Shown here in pieces: positions 21,501 to 31,525 of a DNA stretch of 64,000 nucleotides; position 1 is the first letter of the stretch; each line of letters begins with the position of its first letter. Under the pieces are notes generated by a model. The model saw only the letters and a program-made list of their open reading frames with translations, had not been told where the DNA came from and did no database searches. The stretch is from a virus: the IMG/VR virus record IMGVR_UViG_3300046820_002568, positions 64,001-128,000 of that record; one strand, written 5' to 3'. The position numbers and the translations under genes are program-made.

Positions 21501-22246
21501 TCAACATTTGCCTCTGAAGTAATGTCAAAATCCGCTCTTGTGATATAATGTTGACAAATTCCATCTTGTCCATAAAATGGTGCAATTTGTATTACCTTTT
21601 TTAAAGTAACAATTTGAGGTAACTCACTATAATTTTCCGAGAATTTAAATTTAACACCGTTAACTTGATTTTCAGTTGCCAGTCCCATTCTTATCAAATC
21701 TTGGGGAGTTAGTGAAAATTCACCTATGTCTGAAAGGTCGACTTGCATAAACAAATCATATTCACCAATCGGAATTCCAAAAATCATATAATCACCAGCA
21801 TCATTTGTTTTTGCGGTAAACTTGTAATACTTATCGTAGACTTCAATTACATTTTTATTAGTAAGAGCATCTAATCTGTCAGGAAAAGTTCCAACAGGAA
21901 CATGCCCTGAATGTGAGGGTGAATATGGTAATAGATTATATTTATACCCATCTTCATTAAAGTCATCAAAGCTCTTATAAGGATATAGAGTAGAGATAAC
22001 AGGATTACTTTCATCTACTTGGTCTATTGGGATAAAAATTGAAACTCTGGCGTTAACTAACCCTAATCCTTTATTTGCAAATACTCTTCCGCACACAACT
22101 CCAAAGTCCGCACAGTTCCTAGTATAAACATCATTAGGAAACAATGCCATTGATAGTACTTCTAATGTATCGTAATCTTGGTCTAAATTTACTTGTAAAA
22201 CTTTGTCAACACCTACTTGTGTCCGTATTCTATAAGAATTGGGCAT
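15494..22246 (-). CDS. Very large (2250 aa) baseplate/tail-associated protein with internal hydrophobic segment
   Basis: Directly downstream of the gp6-like gene. N-terminal GVVCGRV..NARVSIF..TNDAGDYMIFGIPIG (carboxypeptidase-regulatory-like beta sandwich), ~50-aa hydrophobic stretch, Cys-rich inserts. Confidence 0.6.
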   Translation of the reverse strand: MPNSYRIRTQVGVDKVLQVNLDQDYDTLEVLSMALFPNDVYTRNCADFGVVCGRVFANKGLGLVNARVSIFIPIDQVDESNPVISTLYPYKSFDDFNEDGYKYNLLPYSPSHSGHVPVGTFPDRLDALTNKNVIEVYDKYYKFTAKTNDAGDYMIFGIPIGEYDLFMQVDLSDIGEFSLTPQDLIRMGLATENQVNGVKFKFSENYSELPQIVTLKKVIQIAPFYGQDGICQHYITRADFDITSEANVEIIPTSVFIGSLISAKDRKKLKRRCRVPSKQGWLCDMISGPGQIETIRHTVFSDDQGLPVLEQYRLQNDGKLIDENGAWMVELPMNLDYVYTDENGIRQISPDGSVGVPIRARYRFKIKWQQSPSLREENRRGYFLVPNIKEQGWVNNTDPNYSFFTTQSFTLPHVTPANNEPPSAGPFDYILPTNGSYYNFQDSINISSYIVLVDGVERPDMKDTIPMNLLQSSVVAIRYTLVDPLLDGEFIVQVLEESEFRMQSSYAFSVSWSDYGTPDMIQEAVNCEDRFYEFQYNKVYTVSQLIDRYSNRYFPQKSIQIKHVTDNKCEGQFNTFPTNDVYYRYDFLFIAINFILTLFKPVMTMIVIFLHVLAFLWPVIATLLILVWGIQQLVYGICRLLDRINLRDKPCNEPRPLGELLQNPFKNIAVPLFLYTEDGCERCRCKVEDQELDEANNQTLYELVQNQQQIDSVNVSYLADVALISSYNVATNGNAYSSYQPYYINNDLQYADAVGVMLAGNGANDYRTRKLPVWRGNINGVNTTIFSPQLTFPERMNLFNTKAKYFDNLTENQGSESLENRIGGSLSPGNTGWNQVKVTWNPDANDPDTTFHFDNLIVLLVDNTGFTRGDILTFQNPNDSLDPNVNVSRGFKSYPSSAIVRYANPNTAQPDIPLKTTIYDMSDAYSNNSGVVGIGPNGVVVNQLQSSEGESVTSCYPMDIEYFQVIKEISYQDFRYYTNTAPPTSTSDRRFSLPWRFLRSDTAGYKDSYTYTNGTPTFGNGMGVFRHYQVNQNEQTCFDACFSTTTHPVGNYDMVRSFTPSPDVEPIPFEDRPDPNLRIIFLQRGVDPNAPDIEIRYDLRRYFGVSNVYSSPPTLDLGLPLGASYDITGECIVQGRFKPNQPILPGGDIQVGFNANNSSGWAMIGQVTAIALNGQPIINPEYQFLALLSSNITLPSGVIPLGPLEESPSILPDNNDIFNGGILTAPLTGIFRIRIVLKYSGNVNNPNGLGIFIRDLTDGVYILSETTSLNTNTSNYSEFFNLNLTENHEYQLQVRDFTLQDITYYADTLGWTDDNTFGLKLPKHNEIQNNSDLSSRGTIFFPSQFFTYDANQFTGFTTTMPTYYSALDEDTLYFSSEEGHRWKTYTVGNLDSFILQSESFANPIGIKSQDQGGFRNLFTQVLLPIVPAAAAGGSDGFRIPCAYSDTHGSNMQLTCGNEPSVTVSTEGNSCACDDNDTGCAGCCRYRVELRTRLHVYHDYYAAHSVNEVGSYWGQEYVEGGSAMGSEIDASRDYGQTLFGSNIDCVYNDPAGQGWFGSSNDPQWNGGGGACSNGCTRSYRRYIEPGFNIGYISPCYATFPENVDPSPGFQQFFDSIEDARRYWYVNPNHTIEINNRVRNVFRTDRLPSSDTTQTDNNGNGYLLHQNNGFSIYRIDKECNVTQLGGGDIETPPISDTTYSDLPGGEDSPIANVARSLSECYYAVDLNSYYTDSENNPMIYDEGGRGYSRQDANLGADWIWFKRTRGCYNFVSKPLASLFPHPIPDDPDGKFYWDIASVVEWIQRLKLTFAQCFEIFSHTFSNNWINGTLYAFPFQNQTIFDDQNQPIRRFCRDVIYFHNPLNNYYYRSSPWNGSDFVGRPMSENDDRGNKRNLLYPTTIMDMGPKNSFIQELVYSDEYDGYIVDRIPSTTYQDTTDLLNLFVLSRLIDASFLQLLIPLPVDEGGNEEGSDDPSIGAMFSNTRWKNGEVYALNLLPGLIDADYAQMISINSEFGVNEYSPETYTNNDIFFGRDEGIPGQPFILGFSRGGVQRITRSNKPVFAIYMSGDNQLRDYITPRRTIWDEHAEFGAIVDSDFTDIGTKSQVVPFYQWNVFHDRAEEESVFGYQSNNFITEFDSNEYTNSSTFPNGFFNHRYQTLDRLNPSSEYFRPDGNDTFYYKGYLINFEILLDSNGNPVVDSNGYPIRVPTFQAPQSTNNRYTFGAPFHFYFGLVQGGTAMDLFIQKYVDTNIVYE

Positions 22247-22303
22247 AACTATTTTTTTTATAAATAGTGTAAGTAAAATTTTAAAAAAATAAATGAAAGA
22301 CCA

Positions 22304-24142
22304 CTAAGAGAAGTTAACCGTTGACAGGTTTTTAACTCTTATTCTAATGTCTTGCCCAGGGAATCTAACTTGATATATTTGAGTCGGTTCGGCAAAAATT
22401 GTATCATCAATTAATTCAATTTGTCTAGTTGCTGAATCTATATACCTTTGTGATGTTTCACTTGATGAATACTGTCCTCCAACATTATTGAATACTGATA
22501 TATCAGATATTGCAATTACCCCGTTTTCGGATTGGATTATTCTTCTTATATCTGAGATGTTAACATTTTGTCCCATCTCCCTATTAACTGGACTCATAAA
22601 ATTTTCAACTAAAACAATTACATTTGAAATTACAACTCCTTGATTTTGCGTTGCATCTAAAACCAATGAAATATCAAAAGTTAAATCAATCACATTTGCC
22701 GAGGTAACAAATATATAATCATTTATCATTCTGTAATTTGACAAATAATTTGCAATATTGTTTTTTAAAGTATCCGATATTACAGGAATTAATTTACCGT
22801 TAGTGTCGTAAGAAAGTACACTTATTTTTATTTTATTGTCTTCCTCAGATATTGCAACTTTTGCAGGTGCCCCAAAATTAGATGGCATTTTACGAAGTAA
22901 TGCCTCATAGTCATTAATGGTCACCGCTCTATTTTGAGCAGAAAAATTAAAAGTAGTATAATTTCTAACCTCCTCAGTTGTTGGTATATTAGCACCTCCA
23001 ATTGCCGCAGTAACATTTAGACACGAAAGTGAATTAATTACTGCGGTATTAATATTACTTAATGGTCCGGTCACAACGAAATTAACTGTTCCAATACTTT
23101 TAATAATTCCCACACCTAAATTACTTCCAAGACCTCCACCAATTCTATACTGAACGAATAAAGTTGAGTTTGGTTTTAAGACTGAACCAAGAGAAAAATT
23201 ATTCTGATACTTTGCCAAATCTAACGGTGTTCCATTTCTTGCAAATTCTCTTAATAATTCGTCAGTAGATGTATTACCACCTCCAAATGTCATTTTTAAA
23301 AATCCTTCAGGAGTAAATTCAGTAATAAATCTTGTATTTGTTTGCAAATATTTACCAACTTTGATACCGGGAGTGTCAGATGGTTTTGTTGGGTCCTCTA
23401 TAAAAATTCTATCTTCGGCAAGAGCTTGGACTTCATACCATCTATTGTTAGTCCCCAAAAATTCTTGTACTGATGGAACATTTGTGTAATTAGTTCCATC
23501 TTTTAAAAGTACACTTGTGACTCCTAATACATTCTTCTCAGGTAAAAATATCTCATAGAAAGGTCTGGATTCCGCATCAGTTATTGTTTTTCTAAATACT
23601 TTTGTTATTCCATTAACAACAGCCTCTCTTTTAACAATCGTATAACTTACAAGTTGGTTATTTGCATCAAAATTTGGAATTTTTTTCTTGTTTGGGTATC
23701 CTTCAGCACTGTAATCTGACGCAAAATCAATATCATTTATAAGTTCAAATATTTGACCAGCCCCTTGTACCTGACTACCTCTTCTTAATATACCACAATA
23801 TCTTATATCTTCTTTATCCCCAAGAACTGGTACTACAATTGAGAATTCACATAATGCAACCGATGGTCTTTGCCCAGGAATTTTTAATCCGTAAGTTCTC
23901 GCAATATTAAAAACTGACGACCTTTGTTGCGCATATTGTAAAACTGTTTCTTGTAAACTTCTGTCAATATGATAGTGTAAATTATCAGTAACAGCTGCGT
24001 TCAAATCCATAAAAACACTGAATATTGCTGCGTCATTAAAATTTGCAACAAGCTCTGGATAATAGGTTTTTGTAAAATTTATAAGTTCAGCTCTTATACT
24101 TTGAAAATCCCTTGTAGTATATGAAATTTGTTTGTTTGCCAT
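22304..24142 (-). CDS. Baseplate wedge protein (T4 gp6 / baseplate J-like)
   Basis: YTTRDFQSIRAEL, ETVLQYAQQRSSVFNIARTYG, YRIGGG, AQNRAVTINDY: typical gp6 motifs; follows gp25. Confidence 0.88.
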   Translation of the reverse strand: MANKQISYTTRDFQSIRAELINFTKTYYPELVANFNDAAIFSVFMDLNAAVTDNLHYHIDRSLQETVLQYAQQRSSVFNIARTYGLKIPGQRPSVALCEFSIVVPVLGDKEDIRYCGILRRGSQVQGAGQIFELINDIDFASDYSAEGYPNKKKIPNFDANNQLVSYTIVKREAVVNGITKVFRKTITDAESRPFYEIFLPEKNVLGVTSVLLKDGTNYTNVPSVQEFLGTNNRWYEVQALAEDRIFIEDPTKPSDTPGIKVGKYLQTNTRFITEFTPEGFLKMTFGGGNTSTDELLREFARNGTPLDLAKYQNNFSLGSVLKPNSTLFVQYRIGGGLGSNLGVGIIKSIGTVNFVVTGPLSNINTAVINSLSCLNVTAAIGGANIPTTEEVRNYTTFNFSAQNRAVTINDYEALLRKMPSNFGAPAKVAISEEDNKIKISVLSYDTNGKLIPVISDTLKNNIANYLSNYRMINDYIFVTSANVIDLTFDISLVLDATQNQGVVISNVIVLVENFMSPVNREMGQNVNISDIRRIIQSENGVIAISDISVFNNVGGQYSSSETSQRYIDSATRQIELIDDTIFAEPTQIYQVRFPGQDIRIRVKNLSTVNFS

Positions 24143-24145
24143 TTC

Positions 24146-24589
24146 TTATAAATTAATAATTATAAAATCACTAGAATTAAATACATTATTTGTTACAGTA
24201 TAATCAATTCTAACTTTTGCAGTATACTCAACGGATGTCCTCCCTGGCATATCGAAAGTTTTTATTCCTTCCGTACCGCCAATTTCGTCATCAGTTGCTG
24301 GATATACAGCAATGTTATTTATTTGCAAATTGGGAATGTATGTTTGGACAGAATCTCTAATTTCCGCTTCAATTTGATTAAATGTTGGCCCGTCCAAAGG
24401 TTCAAAGATATATTCATATAGTCTTGTTCCAAAATCAGGTAAAAAATATCTAGTCCCTTTTCTCGTTAAAAGCAAATGAATCAAAGAACTTCTTATTTCC
24501 TCATCTTCAAAATCTGTAAGGTCTAAATACTTTCCATCAAATGAATCCCTAAATGGAAATGTTATACCATATGTTTTTCCGTTTGCCAT
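24146..24589 (-). CDS. Baseplate wedge subunit gp25/gpW
   Basis: IRSSLIHLLLTRKGTRYFLPDFGTRLYEYIFEP is the canonical GPW_gp25 signature. Confidence 0.92.
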   Translation of the reverse strand: MANGKTYGITFPFRDSFDGKYLDLTDFEDEEIRSSLIHLLLTRKGTRYFLPDFGTRLYEYIFEPLDGPTFNQIEAEIRDSVQTYIPNLQINNIAVYPATDDEIGGTEGIKTFDMPGRTSVEYTAKVRIDYTVTNNVFNSSDFIIINL

Positions 24590-24594
24590 ATCAT

Positions 24595-24601
24595 ATAAAT
24601 A
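24595..24601 (-). promoter_or_regulatory. TATTTAT putative phage late promoter (representative of >=15 copies)
   Basis: Same heptamer on the coding strand upstream of starts at 913, 1028, 22260, 24595, 32249, 35488, 47011, 51474, 52971, 53873, 57134, 58943 (minus) and 57177, 60773, 61617, 62351 (plus). Confidence 0.7.
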
Positions 24602-24609
24602 TAGAAATA

Positions 24610-25230
24610 TTAAATTTCATCTATATTATAATAATAAGAATTGGAATCTTCTGAAACCCATCTATCAGAGCTAGTTTCAACTGATGGTAAATCATCGTCA
24701 ACTTTTATTTTACTTCTCTCGAGCGGAAACTCAATTGTAACCCAATTTGAGTCCTTCCAAAATATTCTATTATTAGGCTGACATAATAAGTAACCATCAT
24801 CAGCTACTAATATGTGACCGCATTTATAATCAGACGGTTCATCAGAATATGGATTATTAAACCAATCGATTGTCATAAGATAAGTTGCCCATACTTTGGT
24901 TTTATCTTTTAAAACAATCTCACATCTTTTTCCTTTTAAAAATTCAAATTTTGTAACTGAATGTTCTTCACCAAAACAATCCCATAATTGTTTAAAATGA
25001 AATGGAATATCTTTGTTTGGTACCTTAAAAAATATTTCAGATATTGGAACTCTTGACCTTAACATTCCATAATCAGTCATTATATGGAATGTTAAGATTT
25101 TACCAGAAACAGACTGTATTCCAAATACATAAGCGTTATGGAATTTATTATTGTCTTCTTCTTTTTTAGTAAAGTGGGATAGTCTCACTAAACATTTGAA
25201 ACTATCTACACTTGTGTTTAATGTTGCCAT
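24610..25230 (-). CDS. Hypothetical protein
   Basis: 206-aa ORF 3 nt after the nrdA stop; QLWDCF, KCGH, QPNNRI motifs; function not recognised. Confidence 0.6.
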   Translation of the reverse strand: MATLNTSVDSFKCLVRLSHFTKKEEDNNKFHNAYVFGIQSVSGKILTFHIMTDYGMLRSRVPISEIFFKVPNKDIPFHFKQLWDCFGEEHSVTKFEFLKGKRCEIVLKDKTKVWATYLMTIDWFNNPYSDEPSDYKCGHILVADDGYLLCQPNNRIFWKDSNWVTIEFPLERSKIKVDDDLPSVETSSDRWVSEDSNSYYYNIDEI

Positions 25231-25233
25231 TTT

Positions 25234-27666
25234 TTATGATGAACATCCAAAACAATCAAATTCACTATTTGCCGGTTTTGGTGGTAAGTTTAAATTTGAA
25301 TAATCTACTTTAGGTGGTTCAGGTGTTACATTTGGTTTTGATATTTTTGATATGTCAACCGCCAAATGTTTTGCTCCTGTTGAAATTGCCTTTGTTCTAA
25401 CATAGTAACAAAGAGTCTTCAGTCCTTTTTCCCATCCATAGAAGTGAGATGACGAAATCTTTGACAGGGTTGGATTACCCATATAGATGTTCATCGACTG
25501 TGATTGGTCAATAAACGGAGCTCTGTCGGCTGCCATTTCAATTAATTCCTTCTGTGAGATTTCCCAAATTGTTTTGTATTTTGGAATAAGGTGTTCAATT
25601 CTTTTAACTTTCTTATTGTATTGTTTGTCCTCAGGGTCAAGGTAGTTATTGAAATTAATTCCTTGCACTGAACCTTCATTAAGAATAATTTCATTCTTTA
25701 GGTCTTCGCCCCAAATACCGAGCTTCTCAAAGTCATTAATCAAATACTTGTTAACAATCATAATCTCACCTCCAACAACTCTTCTATTAAAGATTGCCGA
25801 GTGAGCTGGTTCTGTCATTTCATATGACCCTGTAATTTTAGCCGATGATGCCACAGGCATTTGAGCGGTGAATAAAGAGTTACAAACACCATACTTACTA
25901 ACATTCTCCTTCAATATCCCCCAAGGCCATCTTCCTGATAACTCGTCTTCTTTAAGTCCCCACATATCAAACTGAAATATTCCGTTTGACATTGGTGACC
26001 CTTCAAAAAAGTCATACGGTTTATATTCACCATCAATACATAGTCTGTTACTTTCAGTGATTGCAGCAAAATAAATTGTTTCAAAAATTTCTTTATTAAG
26101 TTTCTTTGCTTCTTCAGATGTAAAAATGTAATCCATCAAATAGAATACATCCGCAAGTCCTTGAGTTCCAATGGCAATTGCTCTTTGTTCACGACCACCC
26201 TTGTTCCCCTTTTCAGTTGAGTAGTTGTTAATATCCACAACTTTGTTAAGGGCTCTAACTACTTTACGGGTTTCTTCATACAATAACTGGTGGTTAAATT
26301 CTCCATCTTTAATGAAGTTCTTTAATACCATTGATGATAATGTACAAATAGCGGTTGTGTTTTCGTCAGTATATTGGTAAATCTCGTTACAAAGATTTGA
26401 CTGTTTGATTACACCTATGTTTTGGTGGTTTGTCTTTTTGTTAGCATTGTCCTTTGAACAAAGATATGGTACTCCAGTTTCAATCTGTGATTCAATAATC
26501 TTAGACCAAATTTCTTGTGCTTTAACTTTTTTGCCGAGTCCTAATTCAACTGCTTTATTATAGTTTTCTTCATACTCGTCACCATAACATTCTTGAAGAG
26601 GTTTAACGCCCGCTTTCTTAATATCATTAGGACAGAACAAATACCAATCACCATTGTTCTTAACGGCTTTCATAAAGTTATCAGGAATCCAAAGTGCGGT
26701 GAATAAGTCACGAGCTCTTAATTCTTCGGCACCTGTATTCTTTTTAATGTCCAAAAGGTCAAAAATGTCTTTGTGCCAAGGTTCCAAATAAATTGCAGCC
26801 GAACCAGGACGACGACCTTGTTGATTAAAGAATCGAAGTGATTCATTAACAATTTTCAAATACTTCAAAAGTCCACCGGCAAATCCCCCTGAAGATGAAA
26901 TACGGCTTTCTTTGCTTCTAATATTTGACATAGAAAGACCAATACCCGCAGCATCTGATGAGTATGTTGAAATATCTTTCATTGTATTTAAAAGACCTTC
27001 TCTTGAGTCCGCATCATTAAAGTGAAGGACACAAGAAGCAAGTTGTGGAACCTTTGTACCGGCATTAATCATAATTGGAGTTGCCGGTGAAATAAGTTGA
27101 CTTGAGAGTGACTTATAATATTCAACCGCTTGTTCAAATGATTTAGTTACCCATATCGCAACACGCATATACATATGTTGTGGTCTTTCAATTGTCTTAC
27201 CACTTGGAAGTTTCAAAAGATACATCTCTTGTAGCGACCTCCAAGCAAAGTAGTCAAAATTATAGTCATTGTCGTGATTAATAACTTCATCCACATTAGA
27301 CGGTCCGTAACTGCTAATCATATTGATAAACTCCTGATTAACAATTCCTTCTTTGTAAAGTTCCATCATAGTGTTTGAGAAACTTGGGTTTGTTTCTTTA
27401 TGATAAGCAGAAATGGCAACTGATGATGCAAGTCTTGAATAGTCGTGATGACTACCAGTAAACGCTGCTGCAATTTCATAGATTAACTTATCAAGTTCCT
27501 TTGTGGTAATCTCACCCTCAGTTGGAACTGAAGTAATTACCTTAATAAAAATCTCGTCAGAATTAATGTTTAAACCTTTGGCGGCTCTTTTAATTCGGTT
27601 ATATATTTTCTGTGGGTTAAAGGACGCATCTTCCCCACTACGCTTTTTAATTTTTAGTGACATCAT
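25234..27666 (-). CDS. nrdA: Ribonucleoside-diphosphate reductase class Ia alpha subunit with ATP cone
   Basis: N-terminal IKKRSG ATP cone, ERPQHMYMRVA, SPATP, QLASC, SNLCNEI active site, MPVASS, DQSQSMN, YYVRT, C-terminal CFGC. Confidence 0.97.
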   Translation of the reverse strand: MMSLKIKKRSGEDASFNPQKIYNRIKRAAKGLNINSDEIFIKVITSVPTEGEITTKELDKLIYEIAAAFTGSHHDYSRLASSVAISAYHKETNPSFSNTMMELYKEGIVNQEFINMISSYGPSNVDEVINHDNDYNFDYFAWRSLQEMYLLKLPSGKTIERPQHMYMRVAIWVTKSFEQAVEYYKSLSSQLISPATPIMINAGTKVPQLASCVLHFNDADSREGLLNTMKDISTYSSDAAGIGLSMSNIRSKESRISSSGGFAGGLLKYLKIVNESLRFFNQQGRRPGSAAIYLEPWHKDIFDLLDIKKNTGAEELRARDLFTALWIPDNFMKAVKNNGDWYLFCPNDIKKAGVKPLQECYGDEYEENYNKAVELGLGKKVKAQEIWSKIIESQIETGVPYLCSKDNANKKTNHQNIGVIKQSNLCNEIYQYTDENTTAICTLSSMVLKNFIKDGEFNHQLLYEETRKVVRALNKVVDINNYSTEKGNKGGREQRAIAIGTQGLADVFYLMDYIFTSEEAKKLNKEIFETIYFAAITESNRLCIDGEYKPYDFFEGSPMSNGIFQFDMWGLKEDELSGRWPWGILKENVSKYGVCNSLFTAQMPVASSAKITGSYEMTEPAHSAIFNRRVVGGEIMIVNKYLINDFEKLGIWGEDLKNEIILNEGSVQGINFNNYLDPEDKQYNKKVKRIEHLIPKYKTIWEISQKELIEMAADRAPFIDQSQSMNIYMGNPTLSKISSSHFYGWEKGLKTLCYYVRTKAISTGAKHLAVDISKISKPNVTPEPPKVDYSNLNLPPKPANSEFDCFGCSS

Positions 27667-27685
27667 AGTTTTATAAAATAATCAA

Positions 27686-28633
27686 TTAAAAGTCATCCGT
27701 AAAGGACAATGTTTCGTTCAACTTTGCCTTTTGATATTCAACAGTTCTTGACTCAAAGAAATTACCTTTTGTTTCAACTGCAATTTGTTCCATAAATTTA
27801 AATGGCTGTTCAACATTAAAATGTTTCTTACAACCCAATTTAACTAACAGACCATCAACAACAAACTCAAGATATTGTTTCATAAGATTTGAGTTCATTC
27901 CAATAAGTGAAACTGGAAGTGACTCAGTAATGAATTCTTTTTCAATCTCAAGTGCTGAAAGAAGAATTTCCTTAATTCTCTTTTCACTTGGCTTGTTTTC
28001 ACAGTGATTGTTCAAAAGGTGAATTGCAAAGTCACAGTGAAGATTTTCATCTTTAAATATAAGTGAGTTAGCATTACACAAACCTTGCATGATTCCTCTT
28101 GATTTTAACCAAAAGATTGAACAGAATGAGCCTGAAAAGAATATTCCTTCTACAGCGGCAAATGCTACAAGTCTTTCTTGGAACGATGCGTTTGTAATCC
28201 AATCAAGAGCCCATTTAGCTTTCTTTTGAACTGCTGGAAGTCTGTCAATCGCATTAAAACATTCATCCTTTTCATTTGGATTTGACACATATGTATCAAT
28301 CAAAAGTGAATACATTAGACTGTGAATGTTCTCCATTGCAAGTTGCATTCCGTAAAAGAATTTTGCTTCGGGGTATTGTACTTCTCGGTAAAAATTTTCA
28401 GCCAAATTTTCGTTAACAATTCCATCGGATGCCGCAAAGAACGATAAAACATTCTTAACAAAGTATTGTTCATTCTCTGAAAGGTTCTCCCAATCACGAA
28501 TATCACCCGACAAATCCACCTCTTCAGCCGTCCAAAATGCGGCTTGGTGCATTTTATAATATTCCCATATGTCGTTATGTTCAATTGGAAATATAACGAA
28601 ACGATTTGGATTTTGTACCAATATTTTTTCCAT
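27686..28633 (-). CDS. nrdB: Ribonucleoside-diphosphate reductase class Ia beta subunit
   Basis: [30 protein letters not shown] (Fe ligands and radical Tyr), [19 protein letters not shown]. Confidence 0.97.
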   Translation of the reverse strand: MEKILVQNPNRFVIFPIEHNDIWEYYKMHQAAFWTAEEVDLSGDIRDWENLSENEQYFVKNVLSFFAASDGIVNENLAENFYREVQYPEAKFFYGMQLAMENIHSLMYSLLIDTYVSNPNEKDECFNAIDRLPAVQKKAKWALDWITNASFQERLVAFAAVEGIFFSGSFCSIFWLKSRGIMQGLCNANSLIFKDENLHCDFAIHLLNNHCENKPSEKRIKEILLSALEIEKEFITESLPVSLIGMNSNLMKQYLEFVVDGLLVKLGCKKHFNVEQPFKFMEQIAVETKGNFFESRTVEYQKAKLNETLSFTDDF

Positions 28634-28658
28634 AATAAATGCTATTGTTTTATAATAA

Positions 28659-30029
28659 TTATACTGTTTGTTGTTTCTTTCTGTCTAAAATTTCGCGAAT
28701 TCTATCTCTATTTTTTTGTTCTTTGTTTTCTTCAAAACCTAACATTGTCATCGAACTTTCTGTATCAATTACAAGTAGTTCATTATCAAATTTACAGTTT
28801 TCAAAGATTACCCCATCTTTACCGATACGAGATTTTGTGATTGCAATTGTTGCAAGTTTGAGTTCCTTTTGTTGTAATGTTTTCGCCACCGATATGATAA
28901 CATGACCTACTTGAGCCTTCTTAATAGAACCACCCATTTGGTCTGTTGTTACAACTTCAGACGAAATCGAACTTCTGTTACCTTGTGTTGCTGTCCATCC
29001 TGCAATGTGTAACTCGTGACACATTGCTTCAAATGCTCTCATTACTGAACCCTCACTTTTCCATTCATCATCCATCATCTTCTCAGGTGTAACACAATCA
29101 ATGTAGTCCAAGATAATAACGTCAATCTTAATTCCATCGGCAATCATCTTTCTAAGTTGATTCTTAATTTGACCCATAGTCAAAGTATCGGATGGGAGTT
29201 TTTTAAGGATAAGTCTGTTTTTCATCTTATCTTGAACCTCGGTTACTTTCTTCATAACCTCTTCTTTGTGGTCGCCAAGAAGGTCAGGAGCAATTCCAGT
29301 CCAAAGGGTGAAGTGTTTTCTTTGAATAATCTTTGGGTTGTCCTCAAAGAATATCTGTAACACATTGAATCCCATATTGAAGGCGTGGTTTGCAATCTTT
29401 GTGGTCAAACTTGTCTTACCGACACCTGTTGGTGCAAGTATCACTCCGATTTCACCTTTAGCAAGACCACCTTTCAATAGGTTATCAATACCTGGAATCC
29501 CCATTGGAATTGGATGACGATAATCTTCTTGAAGAACTTGGTCCAAGTTTTCAAAAACATCACCTGTATCTTTCTCTATAACACCAACTTGAAGAGCCTC
29601 TCGAACCATCTCCTCAAGGGTGTCATAGTTTTCAAACTCGCCTCCGTCAATAATCTTTTGAGCCTTTCCCATCACCTTCTGAAGCTCTTGTTGCTTACAG
29701 AATTTGAGAGCTTTTTCTTGAACAAAAAGTGACCCTTCTTCAGATACATTTTTAATTTCATTAATTGTATCCAAAGTGATTTTTAACATCAGCTCTTGGG
29801 TAATCTCTGACTTAATAATTTGATGTAATGTGTCATAGGTTGGAGCACAATCAAACTTTTTGTAGTATTCTTTAATCATCTGTATGATGATTTTGTAATA
29901 CTTATTTTCAAAGTAATTTGCCTCAAGTACATCCAATATCGAGTGAGAAAAGTTCTTATCAATTATTATCTGATTGATAAGTTGTTGTTGGAAAGTACCT
30001 CCTAAATAATCAAAATTCTTGTCAGCCAT
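28659..30029 (-). CDS. dnaB: Replicative DnaB-like (T4 gp41-type) helicase
   Basis: [20 protein letters not shown] (Walker A), ILDYID (Walker B), [13 protein letters not shown]. Confidence 0.9.
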   Translation of the reverse strand: MADKNFDYLGGTFQQQLINQIIIDKNFSHSILDVLEANYFENKYYKIIIQMIKEYYKKFDCAPTYDTLHQIIKSEITQELMLKITLDTINEIKNVSEEGSLFVQEKALKFCKQQELQKVMGKAQKIIDGGEFENYDTLEEMVREALQVGVIEKDTGDVFENLDQVLQEDYRHPIPMGIPGIDNLLKGGLAKGEIGVILAPTGVGKTSLTTKIANHAFNMGFNVLQIFFEDNPKIIQRKHFTLWTGIAPDLLGDHKEEVMKKVTEVQDKMKNRLILKKLPSDTLTMGQIKNQLRKMIADGIKIDVIILDYIDCVTPEKMMDDEWKSEGSVMRAFEAMCHELHIAGWTATQGNRSSISSEVVTTDQMGGSIKKAQVGHVIISVAKTLQQKELKLATIAITKSRIGKDGVIFENCKFDNELLVIDTESSMTMLGFEENKEQKNRDRIREILDRKKQQTV

Positions 30030-30054
30030 CTTAGTCTTTTTTTATTAAATATTA

Positions 30055-30510
30055 TTAGACTAAGGAGTATCCCATCAAATCGTAAGTTAAATTTTTAGAA
30101 GAAAATACTTCGGTCAAATTAGACAAAACCCCTTTAAGATATGGTCGAATATCGACTGTGTATCGAACTTTTGGGGGGTAAGGTTTTGCATCAAAAGTGT
30201 AGTGGTACATAACATTACCATTGTATTTTAGATACAAATTAAACACCTCAGGTCCATCTGTGAAAGATGTTTCGAGAACCTCAGGGTTTTCCATAATTTC
30301 ATATTGGTTGTCAGACATATATGAAACACTCTTCATCTTTAGATGTAGTTTCATAGTCTCAACAAATCCATCCAACAATTCCAAAAGCTCTACTGAATTT
30401 TTAGCCTTTGGGTTGTAGTCTTTCACATTAAAATACCGTTGTACAATAAAGTTGTCGTTTACGGTCATCAAAAACTCCAACTTTGTTAAATCTGCATTTT
30501 GCTCTTTCAT
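30055..30510 (-). CDS. Hypothetical protein in replication operon
   Basis: 151-aa ORF between the exonuclease and helicase genes. Confidence 0.6.
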   Translation of the reverse strand: MKEQNADLTKLEFLMTVNDNFIVQRYFNVKDYNPKAKNSVELLELLDGFVETMKLHLKMKSVSYMSDNQYEIMENPEVLETSFTDGPEVFNLYLKYNGNVMYHYTFDAKPYPPKVRYTVDIRPYLKGVLSNLTEVFSSKNLTYDLMGYSLV

Positions 30511-30518
30511 AAAGAATT

Positions 30519-31520
30519 TTACTTTGTTTTTTTACTTTTTTCTTTTCTTGTTAACTTTAAAAATGGTGTGATAAAATAAGTCCATGCGTCGTCCGTTTTT
30601 GGTAGAAACTTAAAAATCCCATCATCCACCATAAACTTGATTAGATTTTTATAACTCCTACCGTCTGTATCTAAGTTCTCTGAGAAGATAAGTTTTACTT
30701 GTTCAATTGCCTCTTCATTCAAAAGAGGGTTAGACAAATCCACAATCTTTTCATTAATCTCATAATACTCTTTTTCAAATATACCTGATTTTGTCTTACC
30801 AGTCAAAATATTTTTTAAAGTTTGGTTATCTTTTTGTTCTTTCAACAATAGTTCAGCCTTTTCAAGAATTTCTTGGTAGGTGACTTTTCTTTCCAAAACT
30901 TCAGGAAAAAATTTAACGAGTGTCTTTTCTCCAAGGGATTGAATACCTTGGATATTATCTGATTTATCCCCCATCATTATCTTCAATGTTAAGACATTTT
31001 CGTGTGGAAATTCAAAATCATTGAACTTGATTTTGTCTCCATTTTCATATGTTGTTCTAAGTGAAGGTGAATAAAGTGAAACTTTTTCAGAAATAAGCTG
31101 AGTTAAATCTTTGTCAGAAGAGAATATTAATTTCTTTTCATTCTCAGATATTCTGCAATACTCAGCCATAAGGTCATCAGCTTCAATTCCTTGGACTTCA
31201 AGTTGTCGGACATACATTTCCTCCAAGTATTGTTTAACTCTGTTTTTTTGGTATAGATATGACAAATAAATTGGTTCTTCAAAAGATAGTTTTCTATTCT
31301 GTTTGTAACTTGGATATAGAATTTCTCTTTTTGACCTTGAGTCTTCTCCGTCCCAAAAAACAATTACCTTATCAAAATTGTGCTCGTCAATAAATTTTCT
31401 AAGAGTATTAATAAAGTGAAAGAGACCCCCAATATGGTTTCCATTGTGGAAATAATCTTTCACACCATGGAAACCAATTTTAAAGAGGTTATTACCGTCT
31501 ACAAGGAGAGTCTTCTTCAC
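30519..31520 (-). CDS. 5'-3' exonuclease / flap endonuclease (T4 RNase H-like)
   Basis: LLVDGNN, VFWDG, YKQNR, EADD, SSDKDLTQL, GDKSDNIQG: FEN/PolI N-terminal motifs. Confidence 0.92.
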   Translation of the reverse strand: MKKTLLVDGNNLFKIGFHGVKDYFHNGNHIGGLFHFINTLRKFIDEHNFDKVIVFWDGEDSRSKREILYPSYKQNRKLSFEEPIYLSYLYQKNRVKQYLEEMYVRQLEVQGIEADDLMAEYCRISENEKKLIFSSDKDLTQLISEKVSLYSPSLRTTYENGDKIKFNDFEFPHENVLTLKIMMGDKSDNIQGIQSLGEKTLVKFFPEVLERKVTYQEILEKAELLLKEQKDNQTLKNILTGKTKSGIFEKEYYEINEKIVDLSNPLLNEEAIEQVKLIFSENLDTDGRSYKNLIKFMVDDGIFKFLPKTDDAWTYFITPFLKLTRKEKSKKTK

Positions 31521-31525
31521 AGATT